Origin: Eukaryota sp. TZLM1-RC
Taxonomy: Eukaryota; Protista; Metamonada: BaSk clade
Direction: 5' to 3'
NCBI GenBank assembly: GCA_040285825.1
Contig: JAUPSS010000003.1
Location: 1,736,001-1,800,000, forward strand
Length of the DNA stretch: 64,000 nucleotides
The number at the start of each line of letters is the position of its first letter. Within the stretch, counting starts at the first letter, position 1. Made by a program: the position numbers and the translations under genes. The notes under the pieces were generated by a model. That model was not told the DNA's origin. It searched no databases and saw nothing but the letters and a program-made list of their open reading frames with translations. This document shows positions 11,489-24,300 of the stretch, piece by piece.

Positions 11489-14400
11489 ATGGACTTCGAG
11501 CCATATCTCTCGTGGTTCCGAAACAAAGTTTCTTTCGCATTAGGTCTCAATCCTCTGGTGTTTGATTCATTTATTCAAGATGATAACAACTACCAGCTTC
11601 TCTGTGACTTTCTTCTATTTAACCATTCTTCTACATCAAATGCAAGCATTCTTTTGTTTTACACTGAACCTATCCCTGAGGAAGAGATAGCTTCACATTC
11701 TCCATTACCAGAGAGCACTCTTGACTCTCCATCTCATGATCAACCACTAATAGAGGAAAATAACACACATTCACCTCATCAAGACAATCCTGAATCACCC
11801 GAGACAACATCACAAGACAATCCTCCCAATGAAACTGAACCTGTTGAGACTTCAGAAGTAGAAGAAGAATCTAAGGAAGTCCAACCAAATTCTAACGCAT
11901 CTCCTTCAAACTCACCTTCTCCTCTAGCTCCTGCCCCCTCTAAGTTGGAAATACCCCCTCCACAACCCCCAAAAGACCGTCTTGAATCACTCTTATCAAG
12001 TAATTATCGGTTGATAGCATGTGGAGATACAGAAACCATTGCCAATTTTGATGATCTTCAAGTCTTTTACCTTCTCAAAAAGTATTCCCTCCAAGATTCT
12101 ATCTCCATGGTAAGAGAGTCTGAAGCATTGGAAGATGACGAAGATCCTCCAATCAACCTGGTTTTATCTCTATGTCTTGATTTTGGACTTATACTGGGCC
12201 ACCCTCTTTCTTCACTTGAACGTACTGCCAGAGATATATTTTTACCAATAACAGAATCAGGAGCACTCACTTCACTCTCCACCATGCCCTCCTCACCTTA
12301 CTCTACCTCTACTTCCCCCATACATCCACAAACTCCAGATTCAGCAACGAGAGACTCACATGGTTTAACCATGAAGGAGAGAAGTGAGTTTTCTGGTACG
12401 TTGAAGAGGTTTAGTAAGTCTGTAATGCATTCGGCAGTACAGATCAGTGGAGATTCTAAGCTGGAAATACCAAATATTAAGCTTCCCGAGAATAAGGAAG
12501 ACTTGATCCCTTTTCTTGATGATTCTGAGCTAATCAATCAATTATCCACGTCAGCACAAGAGTGGACACGTGTCATCTCGTCAGTTATTTATGAAGCAGA
12601 GTCACTAACCACTAATTCTGATACCCCAATGTCGGAAGTTGAGCTTTGGCGGGACAGAACTTCTCTATTAGCTGCAGTATTTCAGCAATTATCAACTCCC
12701 AAAGTAAAATCCATTTGCCTAATTCTCGAAATGGCAGAAGTGCCGTGTTATTCTCTTTTTAAGCATCAATTTAATATTCTTTCAAGCCATTATTTAGAAG
12801 CAAAAGACAATGCAAAGTTTTTAGGAACCCTGGATCGTTATTTTAAACTATTATCCTACGGATCTTTGCCTACGATCACTGACTCCATCCCTTCTCTTAT
12901 GAATGCCCTCAGAATGGTTTGGATCATTTCCAGACATTATAACACAGATGAAAGAATGAGGCCTTTATTACATAAAATAGCTTTATATATATGCGAAAGA
13001 GTTGGGAGCACTTTGAAACTAAAAACAAGATTGGCAAAACATAACCTATTACCATTAGTGGAAAAACTGAATCAAGCCAAGGCATTGCTTGATAAGTGGA
13101 AGTCTACCTATCTAGAAGTTCGACTTAAAATCGAAGAATCAGCTCGTGATTCACGCTGGGAATTCGACCAAAGACTTTTATTCGGACAAACTTCTTTCAT
13201 GTCTGATCGATGTTCGGAATTGTTAAAAATTGTCAACTCGGTCATTTATTTCAGAAGTCTTTTAGGTAACAAGCTTAAGTCAGTTACCGGCACGTCTTCA
13301 ACTATTGATGATGTTAAATCTGAAGTTGATGGACTTCTTGCACCTTTTGTTTCCGCATCGTTTGATATTTTTGACCCTAATAACCACTCTCTTTGGACTA
13401 CAATGGTTCTGCATTTTGAATCATCAGTTAAATCGATTCAGACAAGAGTTCGTGCACTTTTTGATGATGTCTTTTCCTCAATTACCTCAACCGAAGCTGC
13501 TCTGGCTTTATTCAAGGAATTCTCTGAACTTCACACGTCATCGAGTGTGTCGCTTGGCCAAGAAGTCGTTATGGCTGAGCCTGATCTACTCTTGAGTTCA
13601 TCTAGTCATGGTGACTCACGGTCAGATCTCAATACACAACTACAACGTAAGCTAGAGGCCATACTGCTGCAGTACGGCGCTCTGGTAGACTCTATTCAGC
13701 GTGAATTCGAACTTCGCATACAAGATCCACCCATTCCTAAGCATTTGACTCCTGTTACTGGTACTATTATTTTCTGCAGGACCCTTTTCCACCGTCTAAA
13801 ACGACCTTTTGTACAGTTCCAGAAGGTGGTGGACATGGACTCTATTGGCACCGGGAAGCATATCAACCAGCAGTATTTTTCCACGGCAAAGCAAATTAGA
13901 GATTATGAATTATCAATATTTAATAAGTGGAATTCAATGGTGGAAAGTGATGCGATTTCTTTACTACGAGCCAAGTTATTTACTGAGCATAAGGAGGAAT
14001 TCAAGGGTGTAAAAGTTACCAAATTTTCAGTCAATTTTTCGCCAGCTCTACACGAGCTCATCAACGAAGCTCTATCACTTGACCGAATTGGCTTTACCAT
14101 TGGCGATGTTGCTTTAAATATAGCTTTACAGTCTGAAATGTATTTTTCCCATGTGGGAGTGCTCAAAGACTTAATCAATTCATACGACTCACTTTTGGAA
14201 ACATTGTCGCCAATAGAACTTCAACTCTTATCCCAACCACTCAATCAATTATTATCAGTAATGTCTAGAGGTAGCAAGGTTTTGAATTGGACTTCTCTAT
14301 CAATACCCGAATTCTTGGATTCTTGCCATGCCTCTATCACTGATTTTAATTCCTTGATAACTAGAATGAGAAGATCACACTCTGAAATTGAAACTGCGGT

Positions 14401-17400
14401 CAATTATATTTCAACTGTAGAACTTGTACCTCCTCTAAATGTACTGTTAGATAAGGCTAATTTGGATTTAGAATCTGGTACTTTGCCTGATGTTCGGGAA
14501 TTTACAGATTTGATTGAATTAAATGTCTCCAATTTATTAAAAACTGCCTTGGAAAAGTACAATGATCTTAGGCCTCGATTTGAGAAAATTGAAGAACTCT
14601 TATTTGGGCAAAAAACAGGTTCATGTGAGCAAATGGTTGGTTATTACTCTTATTGGGAATCACGAATACTCTCTGCGCTGTCTACCTCCACTCTCACTGC
14701 TCTCCAGCACTTCTATTCGCTTCTAGTCGACTCAAAACAAGGTCCTTTGTTCAAACTGACTGCTTCACTAGTGGCATTGGATATTGTTTTAGATCCTTCT
14801 TGGAACGACGTTCATAAATCCACACTCAAGATTTACCACACTATTCTTAACTTTGGATTTAATTTCGTCAAATGGTATCCCAAAACTTGTATAATCAATA
14901 CTGAAAGTAGTATTAATTTCAAGGAAGATTTACTTTCCGATCCTTCCATTTCCCAACTCCAAACTGATATTCCTTTGGCCACACAGCAAGTCTGGGCTAG
15001 TGTAAATGAGTCAATTAACCCTTGGCAGTCATATTCCTTCTTGTGGAAGGTTTCTAGGGAAGAAATGATGGAGAAGTACATACAAGACACTGTTGAAATC
15101 AATAATGTAACCAAAACTCTTGAATTTTTCCAAGATGTTGTTGATTCACTCTGCTGTGCAACGGAATTCTTAGATGTGTTGTTTATTAGAATTGATTTCT
15201 CAAAGCTGATCAATGACATCAATTCTTTGTGTACACATTGGATCTCTGTATTGTGCTCCACCTTTGAACAGCAATGTGATCAGCTTTTGGAAAAACTTAC
15301 TTCAGAAATTGCTCAGTTCCAGCATGATATGACAAAGGTTCCAGAGAATATTGATGATTTAAAGTTTGTTCTGTCTGTAATATCGACCCTCAATGATAGA
15401 ACCATGGATGTAGAATTTGAACATTTGAATTGCGAGTCTGTCTATCATTTGCTTGTTCAATTTGGTCACAAATCGGAGACTTTATTAGATAATTACTCCA
15501 GAGCTCAGGCTCTTTCTTCTGATTGGCAATCATTACAAGAAACATCACGTGAACGGTTGACTTTTCTTGAAACGACAAAAGCGGAATTTACAGAGGTTAC
15601 CAAGAAGGACGTTGTCAAGTTCAAGGAGCGGGTTTCTGAATTTTTGGCTGATATTGAAGCAAACGGACCTGGAAAAGAAGGTATTGATTTAGACGAAGGT
15701 TTTGAAATTTTGAAAAAGAGCTCAGAGAAGCTTGAAAATTTTGCATTAGACAGAGATCGATTTATTAATGCAGAAAAATTATTTGATTTGCCCATCTCAA
15801 CTTATCCAGAATTAATCAAAATTTCCAAAATTTTGAATGATTTAAAAACAATTTATGATTTTTACCAAACTGTAAAAAATCAAATTGAAGAATGGTCAAA
15901 TATTTACTGGAGCGAGCTCAATCTACAACTATTAGAAGATCAGTTGGAAGATTTGTCCAGAAAACATCGGAAAATGAAAGATTTGAAGAGTTACCCACCT
16001 TATAATTCTGTTGCAACAATTATTAATAATTTTAAAGAATCAATTCCTCTAATGCAAGATTTAAAATCAGACGCTTTGAGACCTCGTCATTGGGAAAGTC
16101 TTATGGAAGCTACAGGCCAGCATTTTGATGTAGATGGAAAGTCTTTCACTCTGAGTGCAATTTTCAAAATGGAATTACATAAATATGCTTCAAATATCTC
16201 TGAAATTGTTGCTTTTGCTTCAAGAGAACTTCAAATTGAATCAGCATTGACTGAAATTGATGCTCTTTGGCGGAAATTCCAATTTGAGTTGGCAGTTTAC
16301 GCGCCAAGAGAAGATAATTCAGAAAAAACATTCATTCTTCGTGGAATTGACGAAATCACTACCAATCTAGAAGAATCTCTCACCACCATTCAATCAATGC
16401 TTTCCTCTAAATTTGTTTCTTTCTTCTTGACGGAAGTCCAATCCTGGGAACGGAAACTCTCCCACGTTTCTGAAGTTTGTGCTATTTGGATACAAGTGCA
16501 GGTAAAGTGGATGTACCTTGAGGGAATCTTTTTAGGCACAGACGATATTAGAAACCAGTTACCTGAAGAAGCAGAAAAGTTTGAAGTTATCGATAAGACT
16601 TGGAAGAAGATTATGACAGAAACGGAAAGAGTCAAAAACGTTGTTCATTGCTGTCACGCTGAAAATAGACTCGATCTACTCGAGCAAGTGGGTCGTGAAC
16701 TTGAGTCTTGCCAGAAAAGTTTGTCTGATTATTTAGACGTCAAAAGGACGGCTTATCCAAGATTTTATTTTATTTCTGATGATGAATTACTATCAATACT
16801 AGGTACAGATGACTCCCACAATGTGCAAGAGCACTGTATAAAGCTTTTCGACAACACTTCCTGCCTTTTGTTTGGCGAGGGAGCAAAAAGGAACACTGTA
16901 CAAGGGATGAAGTCTTCAGAGGGAGAGGAGTTTAGGTTCTTAACCGAGGTAAAAGCAGAAGGTCCAGTAGAAGAATGGTTACTTAAAGTGGATGAAGAAA
17001 TGAAAGCTACTCTTCACAGACTCACTAAGGAAGCCGTCTTTTCTTATGCTTCTTCACCACGCCCAGACTGGGTCCTTAATAATATTGGTATGAATGTTCT
17101 TTCAGGATCGCAGATTTGGTGGACATGGGAGGTTGAGGATGTTTTTGATGAGGTGCAGAAAGGTAATAAACGAGCAATGAAGCTTTTGCTCAAGCATTTG
17201 GTTTTACAATTGAATGATTTAACAGAAAAAGTGCTCGGAAAATTGTCAAAAAATAATAGACTCAAGCTCAATACTCTAATCATCATCGACGTTCACGCAC
17301 GTGATGTTGTTGATCGATTCGTCCGTGATTCTATTCTCAACCGCCAGGAATTTGATTGGGAGTCGCAATTAAGATTTTATTGGGATAAATTTAAGGATGA

Positions 17401-18133
17401 TATAGTTATTCGCCAATGCACTGGCGCTTTCCAATATGGATACGAATTCATGGGAATCAACGGGAGGCTTGTCATTACCCCTTTGACTGATCGATGCTAC
17501 ATGACTCTAACCCAAGCTCTGTCAATGTATCTCGGGGGTTCACCAGCAGGGCCAGCTGGTACAGGCAAGACAGAAACTGTAAAAGATTTAGCCAAAGCAA
17601 TGGCTCTTTTATGTAACGTTTTTAATTGTGGTGAAGGTCTAGACTATAAAGCAATGGCAAGAATTTTTGCTGGTCTTTCAGAATGTAGTGCGTGGGGTTG
17701 CTTTGACGAATTCAACAGAATCAATGCATCTGTATTGTCAGTTGTTTCGGAACAAATTAGAACAATTCAGAGAGCTTTAATTAATGATTCTGATAGTTTC
17801 ATATTTTCTGGAAGAGAAATTAAATTGGGCAGAAATATAGGTATTTTTATTACAATGAATCCTGGATATGCCGGAAGAACAGAGTTGCCTGATAATTTGA
17901 AAGCTCTTTTCAGGCCAGTAACAATGGTGACCCCTGATTTAGAAATAATTGCAGAGGTTGAGTTGTTGTCCTATGGATTCAAAGATGCAAAAACATTGGC
18001 AAGAAAAATTGTTACCTTCTATCAGCGAGCCTCTCAGATATTGTCAAAACAGCATCATTATGATTGGGGACTTCGTGCTATGAAATCTGTTTTGCGTTAT
18101 GCAAGTGAACTCAAACAGCAGCAAAAGAAGTGA
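11489..18133 (+). CDS. DNAH10: Axonemal dynein heavy chain, DNAH10/inner-arm I1-alpha type; tail + linker + AAA1 only
   Basis: MVWIISRHYNTDERM, PRFYFISDDELL, RLVITPLTDRCY, GPAGTGKTETVKDL, CFDEFNRI, MNPGYAGRTELP, HYDWGLRA; stops at 2214 aa. Confidence 0.93.
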   Translation: MDFEPYLSWFRNKVSFALGLNPLVFDSFIQDDNNYQLLCDFLLFNHSSTSNASILLFYTEPIPEEEIASHSPLPESTLDSPSHDQPLIEENNTHSPHQDNPESPETTSQDNPPNETEPVETSEVEEESKEVQPNSNASPSNSPSPLAPAPSKLEIPPPQPPKDRLESLLSSNYRLIACGDTETIANFDDLQVFYLLKKYSLQDSISMVRESEALEDDEDPPINLVLSLCLDFGLILGHPLSSLERTARDIFLPITESGALTSLSTMPSSPYSTSTSPIHPQTPDSATRDSHGLTMKERSEFSGTLKRFSKSVMHSAVQISGDSKLEIPNIKLPENKEDLIPFLDDSELINQLSTSAQEWTRVISSVIYEAESLTTNSDTPMSEVELWRDRTSLLAAVFQQLSTPKVKSICLILEMAEVPCYSLFKHQFNILSSHYLEAKDNAKFLGTLDRYFKLLSYGSLPTITDSIPSLMNALRMVWIISRHYNTDERMRPLLHKIALYICERVGSTLKLKTRLAKHNLLPLVEKLNQAKALLDKWKSTYLEVRLKIEESARDSRWEFDQRLLFGQTSFMSDRCSELLKIVNSVIYFRSLLGNKLKSVTGTSSTIDDVKSEVDGLLAPFVSASFDIFDPNNHSLWTTMVLHFESSVKSIQTRVRALFDDVFSSITSTEAALALFKEFSELHTSSSVSLGQEVVMAEPDLLLSSSSHGDSRSDLNTQLQRKLEAILLQYGALVDSIQREFELRIQDPPIPKHLTPVTGTIIFCRTLFHRLKRPFVQFQKVVDMDSIGTGKHINQQYFSTAKQIRDYELSIFNKWNSMVESDAISLLRAKLFTEHKEEFKGVKVTKFSVNFSPALHELINEALSLDRIGFTIGDVALNIALQSEMYFSHVGVLKDLINSYDSLLETLSPIELQLLSQPLNQLLSVMSRGSKVLNWTSLSIPEFLDSCHASITDFNSLITRMRRSHSEIETAVNYISTVELVPPLNVLLDKANLDLESGTLPDVREFTDLIELNVSNLLKTALEKYNDLRPRFEKIEELLFGQKTGSCEQMVGYYSYWESRILSALSTSTLTALQHFYSLLVDSKQGPLFKLTASLVALDIVLDPSWNDVHKSTLKIYHTILNFGFNFVKWYPKTCIINTESSINFKEDLLSDPSISQLQTDIPLATQQVWASVNESINPWQSYSFLWKVSREEMMEKYIQDTVEINNVTKTLEFFQDVVDSLCCATEFLDVLFIRIDFSKLINDINSLCTHWISVLCSTFEQQCDQLLEKLTSEIAQFQHDMTKVPENIDDLKFVLSVISTLNDRTMDVEFEHLNCESVYHLLVQFGHKSETLLDNYSRAQALSSDWQSLQETSRERLTFLETTKAEFTEVTKKDVVKFKERVSEFLADIEANGPGKEGIDLDEGFEILKKSSEKLENFALDRDRFINAEKLFDLPISTYPELIKISKILNDLKTIYDFYQTVKNQIEEWSNIYWSELNLQLLEDQLEDLSRKHRKMKDLKSYPPYNSVATIINNFKESIPLMQDLKSDALRPRHWESLMEATGQHFDVDGKSFTLSAIFKMELHKYASNISEIVAFASRELQIESALTEIDALWRKFQFELAVYAPREDNSEKTFILRGIDEITTNLEESLTTIQSMLSSKFVSFFLTEVQSWERKLSHVSEVCAIWIQVQVKWMYLEGIFLGTDDIRNQLPEEAEKFEVIDKTWKKIMTETERVKNVVHCCHAENRLDLLEQVGRELESCQKSLSDYLDVKRTAYPRFYFISDDELLSILGTDDSHNVQEHCIKLFDNTSCLLFGEGAKRNTVQGMKSSEGEEFRFLTEVKAEGPVEEWLLKVDEEMKATLHRLTKEAVFSYASSPRPDWVLNNIGMNVLSGSQIWWTWEVEDVFDEVQKGNKRAMKLLLKHLVLQLNDLTEKVLGKLSKNNRLKLNTLIIIDVHARDVVDRFVRDSILNRQEFDWESQLRFYWDKFKDDIVIRQCTGAFQYGYEFMGINGRLVITPLTDRCYMTLTQALSMYLGGSPAGPAGTGKTETVKDLAKAMALLCNVFNCGEGLDYKAMARIFAGLSECSAWGCFDEFNRINASVLSVVSEQIRTIQRALINDSDSFIFSGREIKLGRNIGIFITMNPGYAGRTELPDNLKALFRPVTMVTPDLEIIAEVELLSYGFKDAKTLARKIVTFYQRASQILSKQHHYDWGLRAMKSVLRYASELKQQQKK

Positions 18134-18341
18134 TTCAATATGTATAATAAAATTATTTAATTTTTGTTTGTTAAATGGGATTCTTTTTTGTAATTTGAGA
18201 AATTTCTAAATCATCAGGGAAAAGCATTTTTTATGAAAATCCATATAAAATAAAATCGGAATAAAAGATGCAAAAATAGAAAAAATAAACATAAATGTCT
18301 TTTTTTCTGTAATAATTTCTATTTACAACAGTGAATTGTTT

Positions 18342-21300
18342 TCACAAACTAAAAATATCCCTAGCACTAACAATGTCCTCGTTAGCAAAACTAACACCAC
18401 TAGGACGAACTCTTTTCATTACTGAATCTCTGGACTTTGTATCTCCAAATATAAGAAAAATACTATCCAACCTGCCACCACCTCCAGCAATTACTGAGCC
18501 GCAGGTTGAGACAAAAATTTCCAATCCAATAGCTTCATGGGCAGAAGATCGTTCAAAAACACTGATAATTGACCTTCTATCAATAATCCTTCGTTGAGTA
18601 AGCCTAAATAATATATCAGGAGTATTACTTTCAGTACAAATGCAAGAAAGGTCCAAAGCTTCCAATGGATTCATAAAAGTCGGTGGCAAAGTTCCCAGTT
18701 TCCGTGCAATTTCTTGTCCAGCAGAAAGAATATTTTGGGATGGAATTGATTTGAGCAAACCATTATTAATACAGCTTTGGACAATTAAGTGCATCGAGAG
18801 GTTAGTCACTATTAATACACTTGGGGAGGAATCAAGGGTATTTGACACGAGCCCAACATGATGAATTGATTCGATGGTTTCCTCAGAACTACAAATTAAA
18901 CTTTCTAAAGTGGAGATACTGCTGATAACCGAGCCAAATGACAATGGCGAATAGGGAAGAGGTGTTGAATTATTGGAGAAAAATGCCTGAATTTTGTATA
19001 CAGTTGAGAGAGCTTCTGATTTTGAAACAGGAAAACTTCTAGAATCACAAACTAAATCTTGGTACTTTTCATCTTGTGAATCCACCTGATCAGGATTAAC
19101 TTTTAAAGGTGGAAATTTTGATAGTATTGTGTAGTCAATGCTTAAATTGCTCCGTACCATACTTGAATTCAAATGTCGCGATTGTCGAACACCCAGATTG
19201 TTGAGAGTCTTGTAATTTCTGATTGACCATACAAAACGCCACGTGGCACTTGACTCGAATTGAGAGCGCACAGCACTGTGTGCAAGTCGTTTAACAAGTG
19301 ATCTGTTCTCCAAAATTTCAGAATTGTGACGTCTTAGGTAGTTGAATAACGTTGATTCATAAACTGATTCTGATTTACGGAAAGACTTCATCATCTGCCT
19401 GTAAACAGAAAGACAATTGTCAGTGATTGTGTCAAAAACTCTTGTGCAATCAGCTAGAATTCCTTGTTTGATAGCTAGTGCGGGTTCTAGCAACAAGCTT
19501 CGAAGTTCAAATGATTCACTTAAAACAAAAGATTTGAATTCCAAATCAGTTTCCCTTGACAAAAGCTCAAACCCATTGAAGTAGTCTTGAGACGATATAG
19601 CACTGGATAGGCCGCTACACTTTGAAGCATACGTCTTGACCAAAGATGGAAAGAATCTGTTCAAAACATGCCAAATTTTCACAGTCCACGAAAGAGAAAA
19701 AGGACTCTTAATTTCATCATTTGGTTCTATGGAAAGTAAACTTGGAACTGAATAGGATAGCAAAAACTTTGCGATTATCTTCATAAGCTTATCATCTCTG
19801 TTGAATGTAATTAAATGAAGATTATTATAAATCAACGGGCCGAGTAATTCCGGCACATTATCCCTTTTATGAGCAGAATTAATACCCACAGACCATTCCA
19901 AAAGCAACGGGAGTAAATGGAAAACATCATTAAAAGCGCCAGATTTTAAAACTTTAAAAATAATTGCAGGGGAAATCTTTGAAATTAAATCTAATACCCA
20001 ATCGAGAACAGTAAAAGCCAAGTGACTGGCTTCATTTTGAGTATCATCCTGAGCAGATTTTTCGTCTATTAATTTGACAATTCCAAGCAGCCTACTGCAA
20101 ATAATAGAGATCACCGAGTTCAAAGCGCCAAATATTGGGGGCTCAAAGGATTGAAGAGTTCGCAAATATGGAATCAAAAGCTGGCTTAGATGCCGGCAAA
20201 AAGTCTTGTACACCGTAACAACTGAACTAAACCTCACAAAGTCTTTTTCCTGTGGAATAACTTGAGAAATTGCACCAACCAGACGAGATTTATCACCATC
20301 TAGAACTAGTAGAACGACCATAGAAGCCGTTAACTTGAGCAACGAACCAGATAACGAAATGTGCTGAGATAGTGGAAAAGGTGACAAGGCGTGCTCTGAA
20401 TCTTCGTCATCAGAATTGCAAGGACTTTCAGCAGGAAATCTCAAGACTTCTTCATCAATGTTATCCTCTGAGAATTGATTAAAACCAAAGGAATCTGGTG
20501 TCAGCGAGAGGGTGAGATCATTTTCATTTTCACCAGCATCAAAATCGAATTCTTCCATTAGAAATTTTTCGAGTGTCTCAAACTCAAAATCATGATCCAC
20601 AGTTGATCCATCAAGTGTCAAGAGGAGATCACCCAAATATTTGGCAGAATTTTCGATTCTTTTTGGGAGTGATCCTAGCTGTTGATTTGATGTAGAAACC
20701 TTAGAAAGACATTGTCGAATGAAAAGAATATACAAATCGACGCAGACTTCAGCAATCTGGCGGTCAAAAGGGGAAGACTTTGCAAGACCTTCAAGCAAAG
20801 TCAATGAAAGCTGAACACATCTACCCATGGATGACGTGATTGGAAACGTCACTGTTTTGACGTGATGACTCAGCAGTTCCTTAAACGAATCAAGCATAAC
20901 ATCAGAGTCTGGATCTAATGCCCAAATCAATTTGAGCGAATTAAACCCAAAAGAATTCGCAGTGGAAAATAAAATTAATTTTGAAGCAAACTCTACTGGT
21001 ATAGTAGTAATAAAAGAGTAGATACAGTACCAAAGATTGACATCACGGGAAGCACGTAGCCAATCGTCACTTACACAAGAGAAATCTAAAGCAACACGAA
21101 TAAGAGAGGAAGCAACTGCATAGTTGCTAGAATTTTTATTTAAAAAGGGTAAAATGTGAGAGGGTTGGATGAACGACAAGAGTTTTTTGGATGCTCCTTT
21201 TTCTTTTCGTTGTATGGCTTGGCTACATAGTTTTTGGAGCACATAAATGATGAAAGAGCAATTGTGCACACTGCTGGTCGAATATTTTAAATTTTTCTTA

Positions 21301-24300
21301 TTTTCCCCATTATTTAGAGAACTCAGACTAGGAATTGATACGCAACAATTAAGTAGAGCGACCGTATCACGAATTCTTTCTCCAATCAAATCATCACGTG
21401 ACGAATTGAGAAGTAAATCAAACAGATTACGAATACTGTCAATCTCAGAATAAAGAGTTTTAGACACAATAGATAAAATTGTAGAAAAAGACTTGTGGAG
21501 TTTGGCATAAGAGAAAGCTAGTCTTTTGAAGAAAATGGTAATCAAAGTGGGATTGATAGCAGCAAACAGATGGGTACATTCGAGAAAGCAATCAAATAAT
21601 GATTGATCAAAAACGTCATCATCTTCTAGTCCAATAAGTGACATTAGTTTAACCAAATGACTATCTGAAAAAAACTTGGAAGAATTACCAGAATTAAACA
21701 TTGAGGAAAGGATTACTGATATGTTTGAGCAATGAAACCCATTTACTGGCTTGTGTGACAACGCATGTCGAAATGATTTACAAGAATTTGCTAATAAACA
21801 AAGTGAATCAATAGTAGAATCAAATAAATCTGAGGAAGAACAATTACTAAAAAGATATCCAAAGAACTCAATTCCATCTAAATAAAACAATGAAGATAGT
21901 GATGTTGAAAATTTGAGACAATGTGTTGTATTATCATTAGTGATCTCATTTACTACAAAAGAAGGATGTGGTAAGTGAGTTTCAGTGGAGGAAACGTGAG
22001 AAAATTGATTGATTGAAGAACAACCACCCACAGTGGAAGGTAGGACACCAAAACCTTCAGAAAAATGTTTAATAAAATGAGCACCGGGGGACTCGAACCC
22101 GGAACCGCCAAACTTTGATAGCTTATTAAACTCTAAAGGTGACAAAACTTGGTTATAAATTCTTGGTTCAGCAACACAAATTCGATCTGATACAGTCAAA
22201 TGAAAAGATTGAGTAGAAGTGAAAACTTTAAATAAATGTTTTGAAACATTTGAAGGAATTGATGAACTCAATAACGTAGTAGTTTGGTCAAAATAAACAC
22301 TAACTTTCCAGGAGAATCGTTGTTTAAAAATACTGAAGCAAAAAAGTTTCCAATTAAGTTCAGAATCCACACATACAGTGTCTGAACTTACAGTGAATGG
22401 ATAGCGGCTACCAGAGGCATCTTGAAATATTAAAACAAGTCGTGACTTATTTATTTCCAATGAAATTGTGGTTCCTAATATTGATAAAAGTTCTAAATTC
22501 GAGGTTGAAAGGTCCAAAAACCGCAGAAAACAAGAGAAACTGAGCCCATTAGAACCAAAATCAATCTTTTTTGATTGGGAAGGTGACGTGGAACTGGACA
22601 AAAAAGGATTAAAAAAATCACCATTAGATTCCTCGAATTGGTACTTGCCAGTTTCCAACACGAAATAAGGTGTCGAAAAAGACATCAAGTTCAGAAAATG
22701 AAGTAAATTACTAGAAATATTACAATTCGCATCCAAGAGTTTCTCAGTAATCAAACACAAATCTAAAGGAGTGCAAGCAACCGAGAAGATACGACTAATA
22801 AGAGTTTCTAGACAACAAATCAACACGTCAGCTTCAGAGATTTCAAGGGAATTCTCATACAAGCTCAAAAGTAAATTGATCGCGTGATAGCAAACGTGGC
22901 AGTCTGCGAAAAGTCTGGCAGTTGAAGGGCGGAGAGATAATGATGTAGCGGTGTCGATAAAATCTTCATATAACAAAAGATTGGAATCAGAATTGATAGA
23001 GTTGAAAATGACATTTAAAATGGAAGCAAATAAGCAACCATTGTTTAAAGTTAAGTTTAGATGAATTTCTTCTTCTAATTTTGGTGAGGATGAGCAAATT
23101 TTTAATACTTGCAGCAGACAAGTCCTAGAGGACTCAATACTACCAAAAAAGTCATAATAAAGCTCACTCCACTTGTCAAGATTGAGCTCTTCTTGTAAGG
23201 CGAATTCTATAAAATTTAAATGTTTGACTGAATCACTAAAGCTTGAGAACTTGTGAAACAAAGAAGCCAAAGCTATAGAAACCATTTCCCTCAAATGAGG
23301 TTTACTGAAGAACAAAATCAGCAATCTTTCAACTACCTTTGCACACCCCAAAGCTCTGATTAAGCACACGGAGCTCTCTTCTGCAGAAAATATCGACTGT
23401 GTTAAGATAGCCAAGATAGAGGAAGTTGCCTTGACTTTGGTTGACTTTGAAGACTCGCAAAGACTGATGACGTGGTCCAAAAAACCAGTAGGAACAAAAG
23501 AATCATCTATAAACTCCCTATCTAAAGAGCTCAGAGTAAATAACAAAGCCTTCAAGACTATCACACTACTATTCTGCACAAGTAAGTTACTATGAGCCAC
23601 AAGATCAATAAAACAAAAAGAAGAATTAATCATGATGTACCTCAATACTGAAGAAGAAACTGCAACTGTTGACAAAAAACGACAAACTATTTGGTATGCG
23701 TGAATGAGGTTTTCATCGATTGCAATAGATTCGTCTGCAAGATTTTGAAACCTTTTGGCAAAGGATTGGGAAATAAGAACTGAGTTTGTGAGAAAACCAC
23801 ATTCACCAAGGCTACAAGCTAGCTGACGAGCTGAATTTTTCGAAAACGAGCGCACACAGTCATTAATAGTGGAATAGAGCTCAACTATCAAATCCAAAAT
23901 ATTCACACTGTCCAAATTTTCAACCTTTTCCCTAACCACAACTAAAACAGAAGCCAACGAAGCCAAGACACTTAACCCTGCTACCCCCACATCTTCCTCC
24001 TTGACTCTCCCTTCAATGTCTACCACACCACCGCTACACCTACAAACTGACGACAGCAAAGACATAATTGAACTTCGTGGAGAAGAAGGAAGGTCCTGAG
24101 TTAAGGAGAGAAAAAGCTCATCAATGGATCGTGAACAACTAAATGATGCAATGAAGAGGTTATGAGGGTGGTCGTCAAGAACGGACTGAACCGTCTTGAT
24201 AATAAGGCTTGCGAAAATTTCACGAGTTTCGATAGAGATCAAACAATCAGAATATAGTTGACTTAAAATTTCAATAGTTTCAGGATTCATTAGCGTACCT

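Noticed and set aside
18131-18344. Stop-codon reassignment or readthrough explaining the truncated genes
   Set aside because: Frames beyond both TGA codons are AT-rich, soon closed and not homologous; other genes use the standard code.
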